A stretch of DNA of 43,322 nt from Hydrurus foetidus (lineage: Eukaryota). The stretch spans positions 1 to 43,322 of the forward strand of contig UYFQ01000199.1 of NCBI GenBank assembly GCA_900617105.1, given 5' to 3'. The notes beneath the pieces are model-generated. The model was not told the DNA's origin. It saw only the letters and a list, made by a program, of their open reading frames with translations, and did no database searches. The position numbers and the translations under genes are program-made. This document shows positions 1 through 9,270 of the stretch, one piece after another. The number at the start of each line of letters is the position of its first letter. Position 1 is the first letter of the stretch.

Positions 1-1485
1 GTAAGTAATCACTTCATCAGGCATGGGTAGTGATGTGGCTTTAGTGCGTTTAACTATCTGTTCATTACTGAGTAACATGTAATACCAAGATCCTTCTAGA
101 TTGCCTGCACTCATTAGAGCGATAGCACCTGAAGTTCTGGCTTTATTACTATTATCAATATTATCAGAGTGCACTTGTACATAGTCACCAAAACCGTGTT
201 TCAGTTCTTTGTCCACGTTTATCTTCCTACCGTATAGTTTCTCTCTGGGGCTGACATAGTCTACGGTGTTCCTTGTCGGAACTAACACTATACGGTTAAC
301 AGCATATCTAACTAACCATCCCTCTAGCTTCTCAGTTAATCTAAATGGTAGTGTGTTGATTACTGCTCTAACTCTCTCTTTAATCTGTCTGATCTTACGC
401 TCGACTACGGTAACTGCCTCACCTGCACCTGTCGTGTCTAATGCAGTACCTATCGTTGCTAACTTAGTCTCAAACCATACTGAATTGATGGCGCCCTCTC
501 CATCAACTCTAACTAAATTTAAACTGAAACCATACTTAGTTATATGTCTGATATCGCTCTCTAAGCTAGTCCACAGTGTAAGATTGGCTCTGTTATTTAA
601 CTTATTTACCATAGTATATTCTAATGGCTTAACAACGGCAATTAAAAATGGATTGCCGTTAACAAACATAATGTCTATGTACATAATTTGATCTCTCTGT
701 TGTATATTATCTAACAGTGGTTGCTCCTCTTCAACCTGTGCCTGATGGCTTGGCGTTTTTCCCTTTAGGGAGCCTAAGTCAGGACCCCAGATATCCAAAG
801 ATCTAACTACATCTTGTGCTGTTATATTACTGTTAACTAGTTTACCCTGTCCTATCAGCTTAATTAACTGTCCTGGACTAGCGTATCCTAATTTCCTCTG
901 GTATTCTCTAGCTAACTCAGCTTGTTTTACCTGTCTAACTGTGTATTTCTTCATCTTATCTGTCACTGTTGTAACTAACATTAACTTAGGCTTACTTACC
1001 ATTGTGTCTAAATTACATATATATATATTATACTTTTCATCTCTGTTGAAATAGTAGCAACATCCGCCTCTTTTAATCTGCAAACTATAAAAATCGCTCC
1101 CACTACTATACTTCATAGAGTAACAATTATTTACCATGTTAGCAAAAGACAAGATGTTAGCTATACAATTAGGGTCAAAGTATACTAATCCAAAGTCCGT
1201 CGTACCGCACTCTCTTATAACCATCGGCTCTCCTCTACTATTGACTCCATTAACTATCATGGGTGGATCAGCAGGCACAATGTCATAGAACAGTGCAGCA
1301 GTTCTAAACACAGATTCGCCAGCACATGTGTCAAGAAGCAATTGATTGTCAGCAAATACATCAGAATCATTCGTGATATCTATGCTAAATATGTTGCTAT
1401 CTACTGCTGGAGTCTCCGACACTGGAGCTTCGTCATCTATGAGTTTAATTTGTACATATTTAGATATTCGTACGTGCTTAACATT
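1..1485 (-). CDS. pol: Copia pol (aspartic protease + DDE integrase), partial; no in-frame ATG before the protease active site
   Basis: Stop-free frame from 1485 to the window edge, absent from the ORF track. Protease LLLDTCA at ~1341-1321. Integrase D (YIDIMFV), D (RVDGEG), E (VERKIRQIKER), followed by SPREKLYG and FGDYVQ. Confidence 0.92.
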
Positions 1486-1558
1486 TTATTCACATCAACA
1501 GTCACATGGTTATTAACAGTACTAGCTATGTCATCATGTAAATAATCATATAAGTGAC

Positions 1559-2779
1559 TTACTTTCCCTTCCCAGGTGAAGCAGTTGGTTTTCCTCCTGG
1601 GCTCTTGCCTCCTTCCTCGCCCCAGTATTGAGCGACGGTGTCTGCAGCCTCAGATCTGCATTCCCGGGCTAGATGCCCATACTTTCCACAGTTATTACAC
1701 GGACCTCGTCTGTACCCCGCTGGTGGGGATTTGTTGGCAGTGTAAGCTCCCACAGGTGATCCTTTCTCTCTCGTTGATGCCTCCGGTGAGTCTGCTCCGT
1801 CCTTAACCCACTTTGCATTGGGTGCACCCTTTCCATTATGGCCTCCGGGGTATCCTCCTCTGTTACCTCTGCCTCCTCTTCCGGTCATTGAGAATGCATT
1901 CGCGCGCTCCATAGCTGCTGATGAGTTGGCGGCTGCTCTCTTAGGGTTGTATTTAGCAGCTTCTTGATACGCTGTTTCAAGACAATCTGGCCAGGGCTTT
2001 AGTCCATTAGTGAAGAAGGATTTGAACTCGCTATAGGCGTTGTTCAGTCCCAGAATAAATTTCACTGACATCTGACTCTCCATATGTATGTCGTCAATTC
2101 CTCCACAACCAGCCATCTCATATGCCTGCTGTATAGCAGTGAGTGCTGACTTCGTGTTCGTATAGTACATGCTTAGATTTTCATGCCCTCCCATAACTAG
2201 ATCATTGTATCTCTGTGTGATGACGTACATCTGATGAGCTATTCCCAGCGTAGAATCTCCGATATGAATTGCGAGAATTGCTTGCAGCAATTTCCTCGGC
2301 TCGAACTCATTCTCTGCCTCGACGCCTAGCTGCACTTCAGCTACTCTAGTTTTAGAGCTTTCGGACATCTGTCCTAGCATTGCACCGTATAGATTTCCTT
2401 TGTCCTCTTCTAGAGTTTTGATGTTTTTATTGTGGTCTACCATCGACAGTTCCCATATCTTTCTGTCATAAACTGTTGCACCATCCTGTGGTTGGTCTGG
2501 CAGTGCGTAGACTGGGTAATCTCCCAAGGTTCCATCTGCACCAAATATCATACTAACTCTTGATTTGAATGTTGTCATAGCGTACTCCTTTAGTTTTGCC
2601 ATCCATTTGGTAACCGCTCCATGGGCAATGTCCTTCCCAGGTGGTAGATCCAAATATGCTCCGATCGTCGGAATGTTTCCACGGTTGTGGTATGGTGTTG
2701 CTGGAGATCCTCTCCCACCACGACCGGCGAAATAACCTCGTCCACGTCCCTGGTGGTGGGGACTACCACGGCCTTTCAT
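1559..2779 (-). CDS. gag: Copia Gag, RGG-rich, with C-terminal zinc knuckle CNNCGKYGHLAREC
   Basis: ORF 1559..2800 in the track starts at TTG; the first ATG is 2779 (MKGRG). CX2CX4HX4C motif present. Lies directly after the LTR/PBS. Confidence 0.9.
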   Translation of the reverse strand: MKGRGSPHHQGRGRGYFAGRGGRGSPATPYHNRGNIPTIGAYLDLPPGKDIAHGAVTKWMAKLKEYAMTTFKSRVSMIFGADGTLGDYPVYALPDQPQDGATVYDRKIWELSMVDHNKNIKTLEEDKGNLYGAMLGQMSESSKTRVAEVQLGVEAENEFEPRKLLQAILAIHIGDSTLGIAHQMYVITQRYNDLVMGGHENLSMYYTNTKSALTAIQQAYEMAGCGGIDDIHMESQMSVKFILGLNNAYSEFKSFFTNGLKPWPDCLETAYQEAAKYNPKRAAANSSAAMERANAFSMTGRGGRGNRGGYPGGHNGKGAPNAKWVKDGADSPEASTREKGSPVGAYTANKSPPAGYRRGPCNNCGKYGHLARECRSEAADTVAQYWGEEGGKSPGGKPTASPGKGK

Positions 2780-2806
2780 CGTTGCAACTTCTTGTTGCAA
2801 GCGATG

Positions 2807-2817
2807 AGTGCTAATTA
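2807..2817 (-). promoter_or_regulatory. Putative primer-binding site TAATTAGCACT (non-tRNA; complementary to LTR 2958-2968)
   Basis: Directly abuts the ...CAACA LTR end and is the exact reverse complement of AGTGCTAATTA inside the LTR. Confidence 0.65.
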
Positions 2818-3170
2818 TGTTGTGAAATGTGGACTTAAAGGTGTGCCGTATATCCTATACGGTTGGTCACAAGCTCCCCACTGCACTCTCCGATGCGGCT
2901 TCACTCGCTCTGTCTGGACTCAGAAGAGAAGTTTCGCTGTCGGCTACGAGTTTGGGTTAATTAGCACTGCTGCAACGCAGTGGTGGTCGAGTGTAGTCAG
3001 TAGTTGTCGCAACAGGTTGATGGCTATCCTAGATCAAATACGTCATATCGTATGTAGTACGGTACTGCTGTGGTGCAACACCGTACGTGTGGTTCAAATA
3101 TGAAATACAGATAATAGCATCACAATTCGTATACGGAATATCTAGTCTACATAATACTGATATTACTACA
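2818..3170 (-). repeat. Inferred 5' LTR of Copia element 1 (TGTAGT...CAACA, ~353 bp)
   Basis: TG...CA termini. Both ends (TGTAGT..AT.AGTAT..ATGT and CAACA|TAATTA) are shared with Copia element 2. The partner LTR is outside the window, so boundaries are inferred. Confidence 0.7.
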
Positions 3171-3290
3171 CTGTACAGTGTGCATATATGTGCATCGCCA
3201 TACAGCCTTCAATAGCGAAGAGGAAGGTATAAAACGAGAGTAAGCAGTACATCAGGTTTTGATGCCATCCGGCAGCAAGAAGTGGGCGAG

Positions 3291-6074
3291 ATGTTACAGA
3301 AAATGCGGGGTCATAGCAGCTTTACTCGACCATTATGCAGTAGACAATGGAGTAACCTGATACGACGCGAGATAGAAACCAAATTGGTATCGAAGACCAC
3401 CACCCAGGAAGCCTTCGACAATTTTGTATCACTCCATCTCCTGGATTGTGACTGTGATGATATCAGCGATCTCATGCGTACCGTTGGCATGAAATCTTCC
3501 TCGAAATCCCATCTTTATCTGAGACGACATCTGCCTGCTGTTTCAACACAGATTGGATGTTTGTCATCTTCCGTTTGGACTTACGAAAGCATATCTTTTG
3601 TCATTAATGGTTTACAAGCAATGACTCCAAACGATGCGGGTTCGCTACAAATTATTGAAACGATGGTAAAAGTCGGTAACATAACTCTCGACGGGAAGTC
3701 GATACCCACAGGCGAGAATATCTCGATGGCAATGTTGGGTCTTCAGAACTACACTTGTGCGGAGAGAGCGGCCTTGGACTTCATCTCCATTCTGACGCGT
3801 ATGATACCGAAGTGTAAATCAGCATTTCGCCCCAAAGAGCTGAGTCATATCTTGTATTCCTTGAAAGGAATGAGGAGCGATACCGATGAAATTCGCGCTT
3901 TCATACTGGCAATCGTGCCCAAAATACGCAGCAACAAGGAATCATTCAACGTTCCACGCATCAGTAGCGCTGTTTACGGCCTCCAGGAAATGAAATGCAC
4001 AAGTTCAGAAGTACGCATGCTGGTCAAATCCCTGATACCAGCTATCAACATCATCAAGTATCCTTTCGATGCTCAAGCAGTTGGGAACTCTTTGTACGGA
4101 TTGAAGAACATGACTAGTGACAGCTCCGAGGTGCGCGGTCTGCTGTTTGCTATTACTTTGAGAATCAGAAGCTGCAATACAGAATTTACTGCTCAGAATA
4201 TTAGTAACGCCATGTATGGGTTGCGTTGCATGAGCGCGAAGGATTCAGATGTGCGTAATATCTTATCAGCTTTGGTGCCAAAGATCGTCACCTGTTGTAC
4301 GCCATTTACACCACAGAGTGTCGGGAGTTGTTTGTATGGGCTGCAATGTGTGAGCAGTGAGAGTGAGGAAGCGCGGACAATACTGCGGGTTCTACTGCCG
4401 AAAGTACAGGGCTGCACTGCAAACTATAATTCTCAGAATGTAGCTAATGCGCTGTATGGTCTACAATGCATGAGCGATGACTGCAGCGAAGTGCGCGCTA
4501 TTCTGTCAGCTTTAACGCCTGGAGTTCGAGAGTGCAAGACGCACTTTGACGAGCAGTCAATCAGCATGGCTCTGCACGGCATGAAAAACATGAGCAGCGG
4601 CACTCATGCAGTGCAACTCATGATAGAAATTCTCGCGGGGATAACTGAGAAGGCGGCTATTAACATGAGTGGCAAGAGCATCTCCCATGCGATGTTGGGG
4701 ATGCAACGGTTCCGCCACACACACAAGGGAGTGCATTCATTAGCATCAGCTCTCACCAAACAACTGAATAACTCCACGAAGAAGTTCGACATGCCAGCCA
4801 TCAGCAATTCTCTACTGGGTCTGCAGAGCATGCGCAGCGAGAGCACTGAGATATGCTCCCTCCTGCAGTCTCTGGTTCCGAAAGTGCTGTCAGCGACAGG
4901 TCACATGGACGCCAGAGGTGTCGCCAATGCGCTGTACGGGTTGCAAGGGATGAGCTGCAACGAACCAGCGGTACGTGCTATGCTATCATCGCTCACACCT
5001 AAGGTGGAGTCCTGTACCACACCATTCGATGCTCAAGCAGTGGCGAAGTGTATGTACGGTATGAAGAGCATGAGCAGCGAGAGTGAAGAGGTCAGAGCGA
5101 TGTTGCGAAGGCTTACTCCTAAGATAGAGGGTTGCACTGAAATGCTCTCTGCTGACTGCATGGGCGAATGTCTCTATGGGCTACAAAGCATGGAGAATGA
5201 TAACGCAGAAGTCCTTACCTTGCTATCAGTACTCGGCACCAAGATAACACAAAGCACTTGCCAACTCCATCCCGTTTCTGTGGGTGATGCGCTGTATGGT
5301 CTACAAGGCATGAAGAGCGGCAGAGCTGAGATAACAACTCTGCTGTCGGCGATAGCAGAGAAGATGCCTGGGTGGGAGTCACCCATGGATGTGAGGTCAC
5401 TCGGATATGCGATGTACGGGTTAGCGGGACTCAGCAGTGAGATCCCAGCCATAACTATCCTTAATGTCCTTATCTATCACCTACAGATGTTGGCCAGAAG
5501 TACTTCTAACTTCAAGCAACTCACCAACGATGGCTTGTCGCATCTCAGTAGAAATGTCGCATTCACTTTGAATCGCTCTAGAAATGAGCCGCTTAACGTC
5601 ATCTACGATATGCTTCGAAAGGAGTGGCAGCAGCGCAAGCACGCTCTCTCACCCGCACCACACATAGAATGCACAGAAGCAGAGCTGAGACTACTTGATG
5701 CTGCTGCTAAAGCAGTGGCAGGATCTAGTGTAGAAGTGCTACCCACTCACAACTTATTTGGCTTGTTTGAGTGCAACATCGTATTGAAGATTCCTCGCCA
5801 ATCTGAGAGTACCAACGTTTCCGACAGTGTCACAACGCCACATTTCACCTACGTGACTGTAGAAATAGAACGTACCTATGAGAGGGTAACGGAGAAGCGC
5901 TTCTGCATTAGGAGAGATGCACTCTTGGCCGCACAGGGAGTTGTTGTAAAGAGAATAGAAAGCGACCAAGTAATGCACATGGCACAAAGCGACTTGGAAA
6001 AATGGACTATAGCGGCTATGACCGATGTCTCTCATCCTAATTACCAAAATCGAATCCTTGCGACTGCCTCTTGA
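3291..6074 (+). CDS. Helical-repeat protein (16 x 40-aa 'LYGL' repeats, OPR/HPR-like) with C-terminal degenerate RAP domain; probably organelle-targeted RNA-binding protein
   Basis: Intronless ORF; first ATG is 3291. Repeat consensus FxxQxVxNALYGLQxMSSxxxEVRxLLxxLxPKxxxC. C-terminal ECNIVL...VEIE...FCIRRDALLAAQGVVVKRI resembles RAP. N-terminus is Arg-rich and lacks acidic residues. Confidence 0.85.
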   Translation: MLQKMRGHSSFTRPLCSRQWSNLIRREIETKLVSKTTTQEAFDNFVSLHLLDCDCDDISDLMRTVGMKSSSKSHLYLRRHLPAVSTQIGCLSSSVWTYESISFVINGLQAMTPNDAGSLQIIETMVKVGNITLDGKSIPTGENISMAMLGLQNYTCAERAALDFISILTRMIPKCKSAFRPKELSHILYSLKGMRSDTDEIRAFILAIVPKIRSNKESFNVPRISSAVYGLQEMKCTSSEVRMLVKSLIPAINIIKYPFDAQAVGNSLYGLKNMTSDSSEVRGLLFAITLRIRSCNTEFTAQNISNAMYGLRCMSAKDSDVRNILSALVPKIVTCCTPFTPQSVGSCLYGLQCVSSESEEARTILRVLLPKVQGCTANYNSQNVANALYGLQCMSDDCSEVRAILSALTPGVRECKTHFDEQSISMALHGMKNMSSGTHAVQLMIEILAGITEKAAINMSGKSISHAMLGMQRFRHTHKGVHSLASALTKQLNNSTKKFDMPAISNSLLGLQSMRSESTEICSLLQSLVPKVLSATGHMDARGVANALYGLQGMSCNEPAVRAMLSSLTPKVESCTTPFDAQAVAKCMYGMKSMSSESEEVRAMLRRLTPKIEGCTEMLSADCMGECLYGLQSMENDNAEVLTLLSVLGTKITQSTCQLHPVSVGDALYGLQGMKSGRAEITTLLSAIAEKMPGWESPMDVRSLGYAMYGLAGLSSEIPAITILNVLIYHLQMLARSTSNFKQLTNDGLSHLSRNVAFTLNRSRNEPLNVIYDMLRKEWQQRKHALSPAPHIECTEAELRLLDAAAKAVAGSSVEVLPTHNLFGLFECNIVLKIPRQSESTNVSDSVTTPHFTYVTVEIERTYERVTEKRFCIRRDALLAAQGVVVKRIESDQVMHMAQSDLEKWTIAAMTDVSHPNYQNRILATAS

Positions 6075-8253
6075 CACTCTAACCGATGCTGCAACACAAC
6101 AAGACTACTAGACTGTAGATAGATTTCATCATACATCAGCCTGCGTGGAGAACCATTTAGATGCATTATTTTTTATCAATAGAATTTCTCTGCACTAGCT
6201 CTCAAGCGCAGTCGTGTTCCCAATCAGACTCAGTTTAGATTGTGACAATAATTGGCTAGACAAGAGCACAAGTAGTTTACCCTAAATACTGTAATATTAT
6301 TATATACATGTCCATTTAAAATTTCTCAAATTCAAACTCGCGAGTATTTTCTTTTGTGCCCTCTTCTGACGAATCCAAATGAATGCATCGACCTGCGGAA
6401 CATTCTTTCACGCAAACTCGTCTTACATAAAAAAATAGTCGTCGGTCACCGAAAAGGAATCTAGTGTCGCTCCTATACTGCGTCACCCGAGAAATGCGGA
6501 CATACCCGTTCTTTCCACATGCAAATCACAGACTGCTGGAACCTCAAGATAAGTTTGTGTGCCCCAGAGTTAGAGACTTCTTCAACAGACGATCAATCAC
6601 CTTGTAGTACCCAAATACAAGATGAAGTAGCATTATTAATAATTGTGTCACTGTCCATCAATTTGATTTCCATACCGTCGAGTGCCAGATGTTTTGTATT
6701 TGAATAGGGCGTTAGGATTTATTTTTACATTGAAAATCACGGGAAAGAAATTTCTACGGAAAAATACTACCTCCTCGAATACTGCGTTTAATACCAATCT
6801 GATTACAGATTCGGATTCAGCAGAATTTTCTAATGAATTTGGTTTATTTGAATTTCTATGCTTAGCTTTCATTATCGAAATATTCACCGCCGGCGGTACC
6901 GAACATGGTAAAAATCACTTTTTTGACCCCAAATTGCACCTTAACCTGACGTCGTAGGTAGGGTATCATTATGTATCGATCTGTCCGGAATTCTCTCAAG
7001 AATTTGAAAACCAGAAGCAAATCAGACGCCCCTCACATACTATCAAAATTCTGGCGAAAATGTCACTTTTTTGGTCATTTTGGTTCAAACGGAAAACAAA
7101 ACATATGGCACTCGACGGTATATAGGATTGTACAGTGAGCACCAGGTACTTTGATGACTTTATCTGATTCAAATTAAATTTGGTAGTATGTGAGGTATTC
7201 ATTTCATCCCAAATTAAGATGATGTGGCGAGTAAACAAATATAATAGTCAGCAATTTTACCCGATGTGGTGGAAAACGTATTTCTGTCAGAAGATGAATG
7301 AGATCGTTAGTCACCTCAACTGCTGGTAGCCCCTTGGAACTGCAGGCTTGAATATTTGCTTTTGTTGCTGCAAGCACAAGTGACGTATTAAATGGTATCT
7401 TACAACCAATTAAGTGTTCTCAATTACATTTACATCTAATCATATTTTCGTTAAGATTTTCAATTGCATTTACATAAATATTTGCAAATAGCCATCAACA
7501 GCTAAATTTTTATCTGATAATGAAGAAAACAACAGACGACTGGTATCTAACGATCTGTCAGTGTCTTGTGTTATCTTACCATCACGCATGTCTACACTGC
7601 AAGTTTGCATATTGCTGCAACTCTGTTCATCTATCATGCTATCATATACTAATCGATACGTTAATATCTGCTAGTATTTTCAAATCCTTTATGATGGATT
7701 GATTTCATTAGATACCTTTATTTTGACTTGCCTACTAAAGGAAGCGACATTACATTTCCTCCAGATCTATTACTGTCTTCAAACCCTCCGGTGTATCATA
7801 GTGATCTACCAAAAACTAAATGGTATCTCATCACTATCTCAAAAGGATGCATATAACTTCCACTGGCAGATTATTTGAATAGAGAAATTTTGGTGATGTA
7901 CTGCCAACTGTTATCTGTCAGCATCATAATTGAACGATCTCTCAGTGCATTGGATGGTTCGGCATCAAACTTTACTGGAGTACATCTTGAATCATATTTT
8001 CAAATTAATGAATTAGCAGTAGAAAGAATTCAAGTTACGACAGTTAAAAAGATACGCTAAAAGACACGAATTTCGTCTCCTACAATTTGTGTAGCGGCAA
8101 CGATCAATGTATTAAACGACTGATAAAATTCATGAAAGTATTTTAATCGAGGATCTTGTGGAACCTTAAAGAATATCCTTACATCAATTTTACGATTGGG
8201 CTTCGAAAGATAATTATATCGGAGTTCTATCGATTATGTGGTAACTCGATTTA

Positions 8254-9270
8254 TCATACTTGTGCGATATCATTTGCTTCATACGATCTATTTGAGCTGT
8301 GCTCAGTTGGTGATAGTAAAAATGCAGTTGATGGTAATATTCCAAAAGGGATATTTACACCCTTGTCGATTCCCAAACTGTCCTGCATATGTGAATCGTG
8401 CATGGAATGCTGCCGTGCCGGGCTTGTAAAAGGTCTCCTTGGCGAATGAAAGTACTGCAACGCTGCGTCTGCATCCGTTCTTCCTACAGAGTGTATTTTG
8501 TTTGAGGATTTATCGGAGCCGCACTCGTCTGATGCTTGTGCTTTCATAAGTTTTAAAGGCGATGGCGCAAATGGTGCTGCCTTAGTTTGATAGAAATTCA
8601 GAAGTTTTGTGCGCGACTGTACACTCGTTGATTCAAATTTGACTGCGTCGCAAGCCCATGAAATTCCTGGGCTTCGTTTTGGTGATAGCTGGCTATTCAA
8701 CTGAGATTGAGAAGATGGAGGGGAGTCTAATCTGGGATCATAACTGAAATAAGTAGAGAACGAGATAGGAGAGCTGATTGAGAGATGCATCTTCTTTTTG
8801 TGAACGTTTTGGCAGCTAACTGCAGCAGCTAGAGGTGTTTTTGCAGGAGGTGTTCGTGGTTGCGATCTAGCTGCATTTCGCTGGTAGTAATTCATGGGCC
8901 TCGTTCTTTCTGGAATAGATTTTATAAGCATTGGTGGAAGCGGTCGAAATGGGAATCTCGTGATCCCTTCAGGAATCAGCAAGTAGCCTATTTCAGCGAT
9001 CATGTCGAGGGATTGTTCACTCTCTGGGGGATAAAATTTGATACTTCCAGAGACAGAACTTGCTTCGGTCTTGAAGCTGACAAAATTTCTCTCCATATCA
9101 TACCCCTTCTCAGAGATGCTTGTATCAAGTCCAGCTCTGAATGAGAGGCTGCGACAGTCATTTGGGCTCGTATTGACACTGCTGCATCGCAAGCAATCTG
9201 TCTTTGAAGATGCGGCGTCGATTTTACTTTTTCTCCTCAATGATTCTCTAGGCGATCTCCAAAACATCAT
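8254..9270 (-). CDS. Hypothetical Ser/Pro-rich protein (~338 aa)
   Basis: Stop-free ORF of ~1 kb in otherwise stop-rich DNA; first ATG at 9270. No recognisable domain. Confidence 0.5.
   Translation of the reverse strand: MMFWRSPRESLRRKSKIDAASSKTDCLRCSSVNTSPNDCRSLSFRAGLDTSISEKGYDMERNFVSFKTEASSVSGSIKFYPPESEQSLDMIAEIGYLLIPEGITRFPFRPLPPMLIKSIPERTRPMNYYQRNAARSQPRTPPAKTPLAAAVSCQNVHKKKMHLSISSPISFSTYFSYDPRLDSPPSSQSQLNSQLSPKRSPGISWACDAVKFESTSVQSRTKLLNFYQTKAAPFAPSPLKLMKAQASDECGSDKSSNKIHSVGRTDADAALQYFHSPRRPFTSPARQHSMHDSHMQDSLGIDKGVNIPFGILPSTAFLLSPTEHSSNRSYEANDIAQV

Larger units (their letters stand above)
1..3170 (-). mobile_element. Ty1/Copia LTR retrotransposon (CoDi-like), 5' half: LTR-gag-protease-integrase; continues beyond the left window edge
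   Basis: Gag with CCHC knuckle, then a pol frame with protease before integrase (Copia order). Motifs LLLDTCA, ANILSF, IWGP..LKGKT, YIDIMFV, RVDGE and VERKIR were translated by hand. Confidence 0.93.

Noticed and set aside
266..691. 141-aa plus-strand ORF
   Set aside because: Antisense shadow of the Copia integrase frame.
2801..2817. PBS as complement of the tRNA-Ile(AAU) anticodon arm (GTGCTAAT)
   Set aside because: Only about 8 nt match from memory and not shared by element 2. Self-complementarity explains both elements better, though this is not formally excluded.
6278..6965. Possible TA-flanked TIR element (TACCCTA...TAGGGTA)
   Set aside because: The inverted match is only 7 nt plus scattered bases, and there is no transposase similarity.
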